Positions 1 through 12,477 of a DNA stretch of 64,000 nucleotides are shown one piece after another. The first letter of the stretch is position 1. Each line of letters opens with the position of its first letter. Position numbers and translations under genes: made by a program. The stretch is from Nitrospirales bacterium. Lineage in GTDB: Bacteria > Nitrospirota > Nitrospiria > Nitrospirales > UBA8639. The DNA lies in the NCBI GenBank assembly GCA_963422365.1, contig OY729426.1:1984001-2048000 (forward strand), read 5' to 3'. The notes under the pieces are model-generated. The model was not told the origin of the DNA, did no database searches, and saw only the letters and a program-made list of their open reading frames with translations.

Positions 1-3
1 TGA

Positions 4-450
4 GAAAGATATTCCGCGAATCAGAAAAAAATCAGGAAAGCCAATCGACAGCTACAGCGATACTCGTATCGGGGGATTCCAGGTCTTGTTTGTATGATCG
101 ATTATACGGGAGGAGGACTAACTTGGATTCCAGCGGACATGCACATCGCAATGTTTGGCCGTGATGCGGTTGTCATGTCGGTTCCGAGAGACCCCGCATA
201 TCCGCCCCGTATCACAGGCAACACATCCGCCGGACAAGAAACACTGACACCAGAGCATAATACCTCGATTTCGGCGGTTTTGACTTTCCTGCCGGAACGT
301 GACCGATACGTCACATGTCTCTGGCATAACCACTTCGCCCGCTGCCCAATTCCTGAAGATTGTGCGGCTCATTTTCTAAATGACCAATATCGGAGTGGTG
401 AGAGAAATCGCCCAATAGATCTGTATTCGTGGCGAAGGTGGATGAAGTTT
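4..450 (+). CDS. Uncharacterised accessory protein, partial or possibly a pseudogene
   Basis: The frame after TGA at 1-3 reads ERYSANQKKIRKANRQLQRY...GIPGLVCMIDY...NTSISAVLTF...LWHNHFARCPIP. The ORF track runs it on to 729 through the antisense DUF1640 remnant, so the true end is uncertain. Confidence 0.35.
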
Positions 451-477
451 GGCAGGAACTGCCGTTCGCGGCAATGG

Positions 478-748
478 TCAGAGAATCTTGATCGCGGCCA
501 CGATCAGACTAGCGACACCGACGTTGACGGCGAACATCCATTTGATGAGCTCTGTTTTTGTGGCTTCGATGCCAGCTTTGGTTTCCTGCCGCAACGCTTC
601 GATATCGGCTTTGGTGGCAAGATTCTGCTCGATCAACCTTGGCCTGCTGACGCACAACGGTCTCGGCTTGGCGCTTGGGCATGCCGGCGCTCACCAGTTC
701 ATGGACTGCTGCATGCGTGTCGAGGATAAGGGTAGGCATATGGGTCAT
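478..748 (-). pseudogene. DUF1640/CCDC90-like coiled-coil membrane protein, frameshifted
   Basis: 5' frame MPTLILDTHAAVHELVSAGMPKRQAETVVRQQAK. After one extra base at about 637-638 the frame continues LIEQNLATKADIEALRQETKAGIEATKTELIKWMFAVNVGVASLIVAAIKIL-stop (TGA at 478-480). Clear paralog of the gene at 34184-34561. Confidence 0.8.
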
Positions 749-909
749 GGTTTAAAGAATAGCGATTTTCTTAATTTGGGGACGAATCATACATACCCCA
801 CAGAGCCGAGCGGTTTTGGTCAGCGTAGCGTCACTCACAAGACCATAAGAGGACTCCACAGAGAAAACAAGCCGGATTCAGAAAATCTTTCCCGATTCCT
901 CGCCGTCCC

Positions 910-1710
910 TTATGTTATTTCAAGTACCGTGCCGGCTTTGATGCCAAATTTTTCCGCGACATTCACTTCTTTCATAAAGACTTCGAGGTACCCATTGCTG
1001 TTGATGAGGGCTTCGGGTTGTTTCGAAGAGCCCTGCTCATAATGCGTTTTGAGATGGTCGATCCTAACGCCGCCGATTTCAAACGAGATGCTCTTGCGCT
1101 TGCTGATTTCTTGGAGTGATTGAATGTCGGCTGGCGTGACGTCGGTGATTATGTTGCCAAACCGGTCGATATAGGCGATGCGACCGCGAAGGGTTCCCTC
1201 CCGCACTTCGGGTTTGTGAATCGGCAGTGTTTCATAATCAGAGATCAAGCGGCCATAGGCTCCTGGCATTTGTCCTCGCGTCAGCCAGGCGGCGGCCGGC
1301 GCGAATAAATCCCGGCCATCAAAGGTGGCGCCTTCCGAATCCAAGCGAAATTGACGATTTTCGATTTGCCGAACTTCCACGGAGAGTTCGTTTTCGAAGA
1401 TAGAAGTCAACACGCCATTATCGGGGGCCACAAAGAAAAATCGTGACGTCGTAACAAGCAACCCCCGGCGTGACGAGCCTACGCCCGGATCCACGACCAC
1501 GACGTGCACGGTTCCGTCCGGAAAATAGTGATAACAGGAATTTAAAAGAAACGCGGCTTCGTCAATAGAGTACGGGGTTACGTTATGCGTGACGTCGATG
1601 ATGCGCGCCTGATTGTTGATGCCTAAGATCACGCCTTTCATGCTGGCGACAAAATGGTCTCGAACACCGAAATCGGTCAGTAGAGTCAGGACAGATATGG
1701 CTGAAGGCAT
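910..1710 (-). CDS. SAM hydroxide adenosyltransferase (DUF62, chlorinase/fluorinase family)
   Basis: Motifs TLLTDFG, VHVVVVDPGVG, VAPDNG, TFDGRDLFAPAAA, IDRFGNIIT. Confidence 0.92.
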   Translation of the reverse strand: MPSAISVLTLLTDFGVRDHFVASMKGVILGINNQARIIDVTHNVTPYSIDEAAFLLNSCYHYFPDGTVHVVVVDPGVGSSRRGLLVTTSRFFFVAPDNGVLTSIFENELSVEVRQIENRQFRLDSEGATFDGRDLFAPAAAWLTRGQMPGAYGRLISDYETLPIHKPEVREGTLRGRIAYIDRFGNIITDVTPADIQSLQEISKRKSISFEIGGVRIDHLKTHYEQGSSKQPEALINSNGYLEVFMKEVNVAEKFGIKAGTVLEIT

Positions 1711-1714
1711 GTGG

Positions 1715-2188
1715 TTACTCCGTGAAAAAGATTGCCTGAATTTCGTACTCGATCATCCCCGCCGGTCGGTTCACTTGCACCACGTCTCCAATGCGATGAC
1801 CAATTAACGCGCGTCCGATGGGAGATTGTACGGAAATCGAGCCGTGTTTGAGATCAGCTTCTTCTTGGCCAATGAGGGTATAGGTTTTCTGTTCTTCCGA
1901 TGGGACTTCCAGGAGGCGGACGGTCGTGCCAAAAACCACGGTTTCACTAGTCCCTGTGCCAGCCTCAATGACCTGTGCCTCTCCCAACATCCGCTGGATT
2001 GCACTCATCCGTGTATCAATATATTGCTGGCGCTCTTTCGCCGCTTTGTATTCGGCATTTTCTCGCAAATCACCATGTTCCCGCGCTTCGGCGATGTCTT
2101 GAATATTTTCAGGACGATCGACTTTCCGCAACCGGTCCAATTCGGCTTTGAGAGCCTCATATCCTTTTTTTGTCATCGGAACGCCCAT
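1715..2188 (-). CDS. greA: Transcription elongation factor GreA
   Basis: PMTKKGYEALKAEL, AREHGDLRENAEYKAAKE, ISVQSPIGRALIG. Confidence 0.97.
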   Translation of the reverse strand: MGVPMTKKGYEALKAELDRLRKVDRPENIQDIAEAREHGDLRENAEYKAAKERQQYIDTRMSAIQRMLGEAQVIEAGTGTSETVVFGTTVRLLEVPSEEQKTYTLIGQEEADLKHGSISVQSPIGRALIGHRIGDVVQVNRPAGMIEYEIQAIFFTE

Positions 2189-2238
2189 AATCCCTCCGAA
2201 CGAAACGCTGCATACTTCTAAAAGGTCAACATGGGTGA

Positions 2239-2323
2239 TTGTCGCTACAGCATCTCATGCTGCCGAAAAACGTACCTGATAACGGGGCACAGGCCTGAGC
2301 GCCATAAGATGGCACAGCCACAA
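2239..2323. repeat. REPIN-like element: two inverted GTAG-family REP hairpins
   Basis: ttgtcgct-ACAGCAT-ctc-ATGCTGC (2239-2263) and inverted GCGCCAT-aag-ATGGCAC-agccacaa (2299-2323). Confidence 0.7.
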
Positions 2324-2355
2324 CGTTGTCAGATCAACAAAAGACATTCCTGTGC

Positions 2356-5300
2356 TCAGGTTGGATGATATTCTTGCAATGGTTGTATCGTGAGTGGAGA
2401 TTTCGTCATGGCCTCAATGGCCTTCACCGCCGCTTGAATGCCTTGAAGCGTCGTGAAATAGGGAATGTTCTGTTGAAGAGCTTCTCGTCGAATAGACAGC
2501 GAATCGTCTTGCGAGGAAGTGGTCCCCACGGTATTGACGACCAGATGAGCGTGGCGGTTTTTAATGTGATCCACGAGATGGGGACGCCCTTCTTTGACTT
2601 TATTGACGATTTCCACGTTGAGGCCGCGGTCGAGTAAATACGCGGCGGTTCCTCGTGTGGCTTGGATCCTGAACCCTAATGCTTGCAATCGTTCGGCGAC
2701 ATTGACCGTCCCGGGCTTGTCACCGTTTTTCACGCTCATGATGATAGTGCCTGCATGGGGCAAGCTCAGGCCTGCCGCCGCCTGAGATTTCGCAAACGCC
2801 CATCCAAAATCTTGATCGATCCCCATCACTTCCCCCGTCGAACGCATTTCAGGACCTAATAGTACATCAACGTTCCCTAGTTTCGTAAAGGGAAAAACCG
2901 ACTCCTTGACGGCAATATGCCGAATCACTGGAACCTCGGTGAAATTCAGGTCCTGAAGTGAATGCCCAACCATGGCTTTCATCGCAAGTTTTGCCAAGGG
3001 AACTCCAACCGTTTTGCTCACGAATGGGACGGTACGGGAAGCACGGGGGTTCACTTCCAATATAAACACGTCATTTTCTTGAACGGCAAATTGCACATTC
3101 ATGAGACCGACCACCTGAAGTTCACGGGCCAGGGCACCGGTCTCGTTGCGAATCCGATCAATCAACCCCGGTGTCAACGAGTACGGAGGAAGGGAACAGG
3201 CGGAATCTCCCGAATGGATGCCAGCTTCTTCCACGTGTTCCATGATGCCGGCCACGACAACATCGGTCCCATCAGAAACCGCATCCACGTCAACCTCAAT
3301 GGCATCGGTTAAATATTGATCAATTAAGAGTGGATATTGCTCGGTCGTCATAACCATGTTTTCGATATACAAACGAAGCGAGTCTTCATCGTAGACAATT
3401 TGCATCGCGCGCCCGCCCAAGACATACGATGGGCGTACAATGACCGGATAGCCAACATGCGAGGCAACGGCGGAAGCTTCCTTACGAGAGCGTGCAATAC
3501 CATTCCTCGGTTGCTGCAGGCCTAAGGTGGTGATTAACTGACTGAACCGCTCACGATCTTCAGCTCGATCAATCGCATCGGGACTCGTGCCTAAAATCGG
3601 AATCCCAGCTCGTGCCATAGGAAGTGCCAACTTGAGCGGCGTTTGCCCGCCGAATTGCACGACGACTCCCATGGGCTGTTCCACTTCCATGATGTTCAGC
3701 ACGTCTTCCTCGGTCAGCGGTTCAAAATAGAGTCGATCAGACGTGTCATAATCCGTGCTCACCGTTTCGGGATTGCAATTCACCATGATGGTTTCAATGC
3801 CCAATTCCCGTAAGGCCAAGGTGGCATGGACGCAGCAATAATCAAATTCAATCCCCTGCCCGATCCGATTCGGCCCGCCGCCTAAAATAACAACTTTTTG
3901 CTGGTTGGTTGGGCGTGCTTCACATTCTTGGCCATAGGTAGAATACAAATAGGGAGTCAGGGCTTCAAATTCGGCTGCACAGGTATCAACCCTTGAATAG
4001 GTCACGTGGTGTGAGGACAGACGGGTTTTTCGAAAAGTCCGGACGGCTGTGGCTGTCGTGTTGAGTAATTGGGCCAATCGTTGATCTGAAAACCCTAAAC
4101 GCTTTGCCTCTTTGAGCCGTTCAAGGCTATCAGGGTCATCAAACAGCGTGTTTAGTATCGTGGTGGCCACCACGTCCGTCTTTCGAGAGCATTCACGCAC
4201 TTGCGTCAGGAGTTGTTGTTCAAAGAGCACAAGTGCCTCTACTTGGTCCAAAAACCAGGGATCAACGTGAGTCACCGTAAAGATTTCGTCTTTGGAGATG
4301 CCGGTTCGCAGTGCATCCGCGATCTGCCACGGACGGTCCGGATGGGACGCTCGAATGGCGGTACGAATGTGCTCCAGCACAGACGGTTTGAGGGCATCTC
4401 CGGGAAGGTAATGGTCCAAGGCATTGAGGGAGATCAAGCCACAGCGGTCTGTTTCTAAGGACCGTAAGGCTTTTTGAAACGCTTCTTTAAATGTTCGTCC
4501 CAATGCCATCGCCTCACCTACGGATTTCATTTGGGTCGTGAGTGTGGGATTCGAGCCACGAAATTTTTCAAAGGCAAACCGTGGAATTTTGACGACGACG
4601 TAGTCAATCGTAGGTTCAAACGAGGCTTGAGTCACTTTGGTAATGTCATTGGCAATTTCATCCAAGGTATACCCGACTGCCAATTTCGCCGCGATCTTCG
4701 CAATCGGGAATCCGGTAGCCTTCGAGGCCAAGGCTGAACTCCGTGATACACGCGGGTTCATTTCAATCACAATCATTTCCCCGTTTTCGGGGTTGAGGGC
4801 AAATTGAATATTCGAACCGCCGGTATCAACGCCAATTTCTTGGATAATGCGAATCGCAGCATCCCGCATGCGTTGATACTCTTTATCCGTCAAGGTCATG
4901 GCCGGAGCGACCGTGATGCTATCACCGGTATGGATACCCATTGCGTCAAAGTTTTCGATAGGACAGACAATCACGACATTATCTTTCAGATCTCGCATGA
5001 CCTCGAGTTCATATTCTTTCCACCCAATTAACGACCGTTCGATCAACGCCTCCCCGACGGGACTCAGAAGCAACGCCCAATCAACATACTGCTCGAACTC
5101 TTCACGATTGTAGGCAATATTTCCCCCAGTTCCCCCTAATGTAAAGGAGGGGCGCACAACGGCCGGAAATCCGATGATGTCCAAAAAGCTCATGGCGTCT
5201 TCACGGGTTCGAATCAACCGGCTCAGCGGCGTGGCCACGCCGATGTTTTCCATGGCCTGCTTGAAGGCATTCCGATCCTCAGCCTTGTTGATGGCTTCGT

Positions 5301-5658
5301 AACTGGCCCCGATGAGCTGCACGTTATATTTTTCAAGAATACCCTGTTTCTGAAGGCTCATGGTCACATTCAGCGCCGTTTGGCCACCCATCGTGGGAAG
5401 CAACGCATCAGGACGTTCTTGCTCAATAATACGTTCCACCACCTCAACCGTAATGGGTTCAATATACGTGCGATCTGCCAAGTCGGGATCGGTCATGATC
5501 GTGGCGGGATTGCTGTTGATAAGCACCACTTCATACCCTTCCTGTTTCAGTGTTTTGCAGGCTTGGGTCCCGGAATAATCAAATTCGCAAGCTTGGCCGA
5601 TCACAATCGGTCCCGAGCCAATGAGTAAAATGCGCTGGAAGTCGGCTCGGCTCGGCAT
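2356..5658 (-). CDS. carB: Carbamoyl-phosphate synthase large subunit
   Basis: [60 protein letters not shown]; 1100 aa. Confidence 0.99.
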   Translation of the reverse strand: MPSRADFQRILLIGSGPIVIGQACEFDYSGTQACKTLKQEGYEVVLINSNPATIMTDPDLADRTYIEPITVEVVERIIEQERPDALLPTMGGQTALNVTMSLQKQGILEKYNVQLIGASYEAINKAEDRNAFKQAMENIGVATPLSRLIRTREDAMSFLDIIGFPAVVRPSFTLGGTGGNIAYNREEFEQYVDWALLLSPVGEALIERSLIGWKEYELEVMRDLKDNVVIVCPIENFDAMGIHTGDSITVAPAMTLTDKEYQRMRDAAIRIIQEIGVDTGGSNIQFALNPENGEMIVIEMNPRVSRSSALASKATGFPIAKIAAKLAVGYTLDEIANDITKVTQASFEPTIDYVVVKIPRFAFEKFRGSNPTLTTQMKSVGEAMALGRTFKEAFQKALRSLETDRCGLISLNALDHYLPGDALKPSVLEHIRTAIRASHPDRPWQIADALRTGISKDEIFTVTHVDPWFLDQVEALVLFEQQLLTQVRECSRKTDVVATTILNTLFDDPDSLERLKEAKRLGFSDQRLAQLLNTTATAVRTFRKTRLSSHHVTYSRVDTCAAEFEALTPYLYSTYGQECEARPTNQQKVVILGGGPNRIGQGIEFDYCCVHATLALRELGIETIMVNCNPETVSTDYDTSDRLYFEPLTEEDVLNIMEVEQPMGVVVQFGGQTPLKLALPMARAGIPILGTSPDAIDRAEDRERFSQLITTLGLQQPRNGIARSRKEASAVASHVGYPVIVRPSYVLGGRAMQIVYDEDSLRLYIENMVMTTEQYPLLIDQYLTDAIEVDVDAVSDGTDVVVAGIMEHVEEAGIHSGDSACSLPPYSLTPGLIDRIRNETGALARELQVVGLMNVQFAVQENDVFILEVNPRASRTVPFVSKTVGVPLAKLAMKAMVGHSLQDLNFTEVPVIRHIAVKESVFPFTKLGNVDVLLGPEMRSTGEVMGIDQDFGWAFAKSQAAAGLSLPHAGTIIMSVKNGDKPGTVNVAERLQALGFRIQATRGTAAYLLDRGLNVEIVNKVKEGRPHLVDHIKNRHAHLVVNTVGTTSSQDDSLSIRREALQQNIPYFTTLQGIQAAVKAIEAMTKSPLTIQPLQEYHPT

Positions 5659-5664
5659 AGGAGA

Positions 5665-6546
5665 TCAGTTCACCAGAGTTGAAGTCGTCGTCTGCACTGA
5701 GGGTTCGGATGTGTCCGGTTCAGTATGGTCACGGTCAGGCTGATAATGCCCCATGGCATCCGGAATCCAGTCCTCTATTTGTCGAATCCGCGTGGCATCC
5801 GAAGGATGCGTCGAAAGAAATTCAGGGATCGCCGCATTTGATCGGAAACAAAACCTTCCAATCATTTGTTTCGGGCATCCACTCATTCGCTCCCAAAAAC
5901 TGACAGCCTCATGCGGGTTATACCCGGCTTTTGCCATCAGTCGCAGGCCAATATAGTCGGCTTCCGATTCTTGCTGCCGATTGTGCGGAAGAGTGACTCC
6001 TAGGCCGTAAGCGTTCATGGCACTCATGGCAACCTGAGGGTTGACGGCTCCACTGGCAGCCCCGGCAATCATGCCTATTTGGGCAATTTGATCGAGAATC
6101 CCACGGCTCATGCGTTCTGCACCGTGTCGCTGAAGGGCATGCGCAACCTCATGGGCAATGACCGTGGCTAGTCCGTCTTCGGTCTTCGTGTGTTTCAAGA
6201 TACCCGTATAAATCGCAACCTTCCCCCCCGGAAGAGCAAAGGCATTAATCATTTCGTCGTCTTGAATGACGGCAAATTCCCAATGATATTCCGGTTTATC
6301 GGCCGCGGCGGCTATACGCCGGCCAACGCGGTTGACTATTTCATTGATTTCGGTATTGGCGCTGAGCCTGGCTTGTCGCAGGACATCACGAAAGGCGCTG
6401 ATTCCTAATGCAATTTCTTTTTCCTCCGGAAAAAAAATTATCTGGTCGCGCCCAGTCCCTGGTGCTTTGATACAGCCAGCCAAAAGCAGTAATCCGCAGA
6501 GGATCACAATCCTCTGGAGCGTGGGCACGGATACAAAAAGACTCAT
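5665..6546 (-). CDS. M48 family zinc metallopeptidase lipoprotein (LoiP/Oma1-like)
   Basis: Lipobox LLAGC, NAFALPGG, HEVAH, ESEADYIG, FLSTHP; start placed at ATG 6546. Confidence 0.92.
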   Translation of the reverse strand: MSLFVSVPTLQRIVILCGLLLLAGCIKAPGTGRDQIIFFPEEKEIALGISAFRDVLRQARLSANTEINEIVNRVGRRIAAAADKPEYHWEFAVIQDDEMINAFALPGGKVAIYTGILKHTKTEDGLATVIAHEVAHALQRHGAERMSRGILDQIAQIGMIAGAASGAVNPQVAMSAMNAYGLGVTLPHNRQQESEADYIGLRLMAKAGYNPHEAVSFWERMSGCPKQMIGRFCFRSNAAIPEFLSTHPSDATRIRQIEDWIPDAMGHYQPDRDHTEPDTSEPSVQTTTSTLVN

Positions 6547-6581
6547 CTTGTCGTGCGTTGTTCCGATTTCCTCTATCTTTC

Positions 6582-7559
6582 CTACGGAAGCCAGAGATAC
6601 AGAAAGGCTGGAGTGCCGCCCGCTATTAGGGTTGTCAGTGAAACAGGATCGAATCTCGGGAAAACCCAATCGGTGTCCCCCGTCAGCTTTCCAGATCCTT
6701 GAGCATAAATATTCGGGTGATATCCGCCTGCACGCTGATACATAATAACCTGAGCCTCTTCGATCCCTGCTTCGTGTTTAGCCAGTTGAAGAGCGTCATC
6801 GACATAACCTATCGCATCAATCAAGCCATGCTCTTTGGCCTGCGGCGCAGAGTAAATTCGACCATCAGCCAACTGACGAATGGTTTCAGGTTTCAGATTC
6901 GGCCTCCCTTGTTCGATGACGTGAAGAAACCTGGCATAAAAGGAATCAATCACTCCTTGAAAAATTACACGGTCCTGATCAGTCATGGTGCGGAATGGCG
7001 AGCCCATGTCCTTATGAGGCCCTGACGTGACCGTATCGGCCCGAATGCCTATTTTTTCCATCAGGCCTGACGCATTGAGCGTCAGCATAATGACGCCGAG
7101 GCTGCCCGTCACCGACGATGGATGCGCCACCACTCGATCAGCGGCCATTGCCACGTAATAACCACCCGAGGTGCCTAAGTCCATGATAGAGGCAATGACC
7201 GGGATCTTCCGGGTCTTTTTCAATTCCTGAATTTCATGATACAAAATATCTGCAGCCGTGACCGTCCCGCCCGGTGTATTGATCCGAAACACGATCGCCT
7301 TGACCTGCTCGTCCTCGGCGGCTTTGGTGAGCTCTTCCTTGAATCGTGTGGGTAAACTGAGACGATCAAAAAGCCGATTGAGAACACCGCTGGGCTTGGC
7401 CGAGGTTAAAATCCCGGAAATATCAATCAACAAGACCTTCTCGCGTCCCTTGCCTGAAAGCACGATTTCTTGTAACGGGCTCGTTTGGGGGAAGAAGGAA
7501 GGGGTCATACATCCCGTCGCCATCATCAGCACAAGGCCGAGAAACAGGAGTCTAGACAT
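6582..7559 (-). CDS. sppA: Signal peptide peptidase SppA (S49), lipoprotein
   Basis: RINTPGG, TSGGYYVA, TGSLGV, KDMGSPFR, LADGRIY; lipobox ATGC. Confidence 0.93.
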   Translation of the reverse strand: MSRLLFLGLVLMMATGCMTPSFFPQTSPLQEIVLSGKGREKVLLIDISGILTSAKPSGVLNRLFDRLSLPTRFKEELTKAAEDEQVKAIVFRINTPGGTVTAADILYHEIQELKKTRKIPVIASIMDLGTSGGYYVAMAADRVVAHPSSVTGSLGVIMLTLNASGLMEKIGIRADTVTSGPHKDMGSPFRTMTDQDRVIFQGVIDSFYARFLHVIEQGRPNLKPETIRQLADGRIYSAPQAKEHGLIDAIGYVDDALQLAKHEAGIEEAQVIMYQRAGGYHPNIYAQGSGKLTGDTDWVFPRFDPVSLTTLIAGGTPAFLYLWLP

Positions 7560-8721
7560 GGGCGTGTTCCATCATGGATCGAAATTGACCAAACAGGTAG
7601 GAAGAATCATGTGGACCGGGAGAGGCTTCCGGATGATATTGGACCGAGAGAACCGGTGTGTTTTTTCCAACAAGACCCTCTAAACACTTATCATGGAGAC
7701 TCACATGCGTCGGTTCGAATTGCCCCCAGGGCGTATCCAAGACGCCCTGGTCATGTTCCGCTGAAGACATGCGAACTGCAAAGTTATGATTTTGTGAGGT
7801 GATTTCTACTTTTCTGGATCGTAAATCCAGCACCGGATGGTTGGTGCCATGATGTCCGAATTTTAATTTATACGTGGAGAGTCCTAACGCCAGCCCCAAC
7901 ATTTGGTGGCCCAGGCAGATTCCCATGATCGGCCGCCACCCAAGCAGATCTTGAATATGAGGAACCGCATACGACGCACCCGCAGGATCACCAGGTCCAT
8001 TGGACAAAAGAATGCCGTCTGGATTCATGGCTCGAACCGTCTCGGCAGTGGTGGATGCGGGAACCACGGTCACGGCACACCCTTCGTCCACCAGCCTCCG
8101 TAAAATATTCCGTTTCACACCAAAATCATAGACCACAACCTGGAATTGTCTTGTCGGACTCAGGTTGGCTTGGCCGATTGCATTCAAACGCTGAGGCCAA
8201 GACCCGGTGCCTTCTTTCCATTGATACGCAGAAGCACAGGTCACCGTCCCGACTAAATCTTGTCCGGAAATAGAGGGCAGCGCGTTTGCTTTTGCAACGA
8301 GATTGTCCGTGGGTCCATCGACATGGGAGATGACTCCTGCCTGCGAACCATGAGTACGCAGATGGCGCGTGAGATACCGAGTGTCGATTCCTTCAATGCC
8401 TATAATCCGATGACTCACCAAATACTCATGTAACGAAAGGTCCGAGCGCCAATTGCTGGGATGCCGAGAAGCCTCATGCACAATAAAACCCTCGGCCCAT
8501 GTGCACCGGGATTCGTTATCCTCTTGTGAAATGCCATAATTGCCGATATGCGGACAGGTCATCAGGACCATCTGTCCTGTGTAGGACGGGTCCGTGAGGA
8601 TTTCTTGATACCCCGTCATCGCGGTATTGAACACCACCTCACCGGACGTCTCACCCTTAAAGCCTAACGCCCGTCCTTCAAAGACGGTTCCGTCAGCTAA
8701 TGCAAGAATCGCTTTTTTCAT
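7552..8721 (-). CDS. carA: Carbamoyl-phosphate synthase small subunit
   Basis: GEVVFNTAMTGYQEILTDPSY, SNGPGDP, GICLGHQ, VQYHPEASPGPHD. Confidence 0.99.
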   Translation of the reverse strand: MKKAILALADGTVFEGRALGFKGETSGEVVFNTAMTGYQEILTDPSYTGQMVLMTCPHIGNYGISQEDNESRCTWAEGFIVHEASRHPSNWRSDLSLHEYLVSHRIIGIEGIDTRYLTRHLRTHGSQAGVISHVDGPTDNLVAKANALPSISGQDLVGTVTCASAYQWKEGTGSWPQRLNAIGQANLSPTRQFQVVVYDFGVKRNILRRLVDEGCAVTVVPASTTAETVRAMNPDGILLSNGPGDPAGASYAVPHIQDLLGWRPIMGICLGHQMLGLALGLSTYKLKFGHHGTNHPVLDLRSRKVEITSQNHNFAVRMSSAEHDQGVLDTPWGQFEPTHVSLHDKCLEGLVGKNTPVLSVQYHPEASPGPHDSSYLFGQFRSMMEHAHV

Positions 8722-8851
8722 CGAGCACCTATTCTTTGAACTTCAAAAAAATCTTCGGATGTCGCTACGCGACCCGATAACGACTTGTTAGCAGTGAGAA
8801 CGACTCCCGTAGCTCAGAGTGCCATGGAGGAAGCGCCGCTGAGGATGACTG

Positions 8852-9388
8852 TCATTCAAAACCGAACGCTCCTCTATTCCGAAGCCAGTGGCGGAATTTG
8901 ACTGCAAGCAGACTTATGGCAAGGGCGGCATTGACCAGATGAAAGGCACGCACGATCATATGCATTCGAAAAAAGGCCTCAAAGGCTGTTTTTTTCGTTT
9001 CCTGTGAATCTGCCGTGAACGCGGCCTCCTGTAATTCAACGGCCTCCGGTCCCAGTACCACCAGAACCAAAAACGTGACAACCGTGAGAGCCCCCAATAG
9101 GCTGATCTCGGATCGTCTCAAGGGCAGATTCCGGCTCGGCTCCTGTTGATGTTTCCAATATCGAAAGAGGGCCGTCCCGATCAACACCACGACAATGCCA
9201 CTGGTCAGGGCATTATAACCGTCAAAGACACGCCGTAAAAACCGCCCGCCCGTTTCCATTCCCAAGGTATTGAACACCGCAGGGATCACTGCCGTCAGGA
9301 GCACTGCCAAACCCCCGATCCAAACCATGAGGCCGAGCAATTCCAGTAACGAACAGGACAGTTGCCATCCTGAAGGGCTTCGAGCCAT
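8852..9388 (-). CDS. DUF4149/TMEM205-like membrane protein
   Basis: Four hydrophobic segments, WIGG...VIPAVF...GRFLRRVF and FFRMH motifs; GGAGG RBS before ATG 9388. Confidence 0.75.
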   Translation of the reverse strand: MARSPSGWQLSCSLLELLGLMVWIGGLAVLLTAVIPAVFNTLGMETGGRFLRRVFDGYNALTSGIVVVLIGTALFRYWKHQQEPSRNLPLRRSEISLLGALTVVTFLVLVVLGPEAVELQEAAFTADSQETKKTAFEAFFRMHMIVRAFHLVNAALAISLLAVKFRHWLRNRGAFGFE

Positions 9389-9443
9389 GCACGCCTCCCG
9401 CCGTGCAAAACGTACTGGGCAAAGCCATCCTTTCATCTTTGGC

Positions 9444-10763
9444 TCATCGCTTTTCCCGAATGACGGGTTTCTGGCCATACACCACGTGCCCGCCCACCAA
9501 CGTTTTGACAACCCGTCCCTTCATGGTCCAACCGGCAAACGGCGTATTGCGGCTGAGTGAATGCAGTCGAGGGGGATCCACAACCCATGTGGCATTCGGA
9601 TCGATCAACACGAGATCAGCCTCGACTCCTGGTACAAGGGTGCCATATGGCAGACGAAACACGCGAGCCGGTTCACGCGTCAGTTTGGCAATGGCTTGCT
9701 CCAACGTCAGTAGCCCCTCCTCGACAAGATTCAGGGTGAGCGGGAACGCCGTCTCCAAACCGATGATACCAAAAGGGGCTGCATCGAATTCCAATTGTTT
9801 CTCCTGAATGGCATGGGGTGCATGATCGGTAGCCACGATATCGATGGTATTATCTTGCAACCCTTCCTTGATCGCCTGCACATCCTCATCGGTTCGTAAG
9901 GGGGGATTCATTTTGGCATTGGCGTCAAAGGATCGAACGGCTTCATCCGTTAACGAGAAGTGATGCGGGCAAGCTTCGGCGGTGACGGGAACCCCGCGTG
10001 CCTTGGCTTCTCGTACCATCCGAACTGAGCCCACCGTACTGACGTGAGGCAGATGCAAGCGTGCACCGGTTAACTCGGCCAGGGAAATATTCCGGGCGAC
10101 CATAACTTCTTCGGCAGCTTTCGGGATCCCCTGAATGCCCAGTTCGGTGGATACCACACCCTCATGTATACTGCCGCCGTGTGAGAGCAGAGCATCTTCG
10201 CAGTGATCGACAACCGGAAGATGAAAAGCCGAGGCATATTCCATCGCTCGACGCATGACCAGGCTATTCATGACGGGATGCCCATCGTCGGAAATGGCCA
10301 CGCAGCCGGCATCGAATAATTCCCCAATCTCTGCAAGTTCCTCTCCTTTCGATCCTTTTGTAATCGCACCGATTGGAAAAACCCTGGCTTTTCGGGCCGC
10401 CGCAGCTTGGGCAAGAATAAATTCCGTGACCGACCGAGAATCGTTGACGGGCTGAGTATTGGGCATACAACACACCGAGGTAAAGCCCCCGGCCACGGCC
10501 GCTGCACTTCCAGTAGCAATCGTTTCCTTATGCTCGAATCCCGGTTCTCGAAAGTGGACATGCAGATCCACGAACCCGGGACACACGATCAGCCCTTTCG
10601 CATCGATCGTGGTCAGCGCCGTTGACTCTTGAAATCTTCGTTGAAGGTTCGGCTCCACCGCGCTGATTTTTCCCTCTTCGATCAGTACGTCGGACACGCC
10701 GTTCCATCGGCCAGGGTCGATCACCTGCCCTTCAGTGATAAGGATCTTCATCCAGTTCGCCAT
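9444..10763 (-). CDS. pyrC: Dihydroorotase
   Basis: PGFVDLHVHFREPG, CCMPNT, KMNPPLR, ATDHAPH. Confidence 0.97.
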   Translation of the reverse strand: MANWMKILITEGQVIDPGRWNGVSDVLIEEGKISAVEPNLQRRFQESTALTTIDAKGLIVCPGFVDLHVHFREPGFEHKETIATGSAAAVAGGFTSVCCMPNTQPVNDSRSVTEFILAQAAAARKARVFPIGAITKGSKGEELAEIGELFDAGCVAISDDGHPVMNSLVMRRAMEYASAFHLPVVDHCEDALLSHGGSIHEGVVSTELGIQGIPKAAEEVMVARNISLAELTGARLHLPHVSTVGSVRMVREAKARGVPVTAEACPHHFSLTDEAVRSFDANAKMNPPLRTDEDVQAIKEGLQDNTIDIVATDHAPHAIQEKQLEFDAAPFGIIGLETAFPLTLNLVEEGLLTLEQAIAKLTREPARVFRLPYGTLVPGVEADLVLIDPNATWVVDPPRLHSLSRNTPFAGWTMKGRVVKTLVGGHVVYGQKPVIREKR

Positions 10764-10797
10764 AACACGTCTCTCGATAAGCTTGGCTGCAGCACGG

Positions 10798-12374
<1,577 letters not shown>

Positions 12375-12387
12375 TCATCACGACATT

Positions 12388-12419
12388 CCTTCCTCACCTC
12401 ACGGGATGAGTCTTAAAGG
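12388..12419 (-). promoter_or_regulatory. PyrR-binding RNA stem-loop (anti-antiterminator)
   Basis: Minus strand CCTTTAAGACTCATCCCGTGAGGTGAGGAAGG matches the CUUUAA...UCCNGNGAGG...AAGG PyrR site pattern. Confidence 0.85.
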
Positions 12420-12426
12420 TAGTATC

Positions 12427-12455
12427 ATCCTAAAAGTTCAAGAGGGTTTAGTCAA
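12427..12455 (-). promoter_or_regulatory. Sigma70-type promoter for the pyr operon
   Basis: TTGACT-17 bp-TAGGAT immediately upstream of the PyrR site. Confidence 0.65.
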
Positions 12456-12477
12456 GCACTTCTTGTTGGGAACAGAA

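Noticed and set aside
8803..8817. tRNA-like fragment ACTCCCGTAGCTCAG
   Set aside because: No anticodon or T arm follows; it overlaps a degenerate repeat
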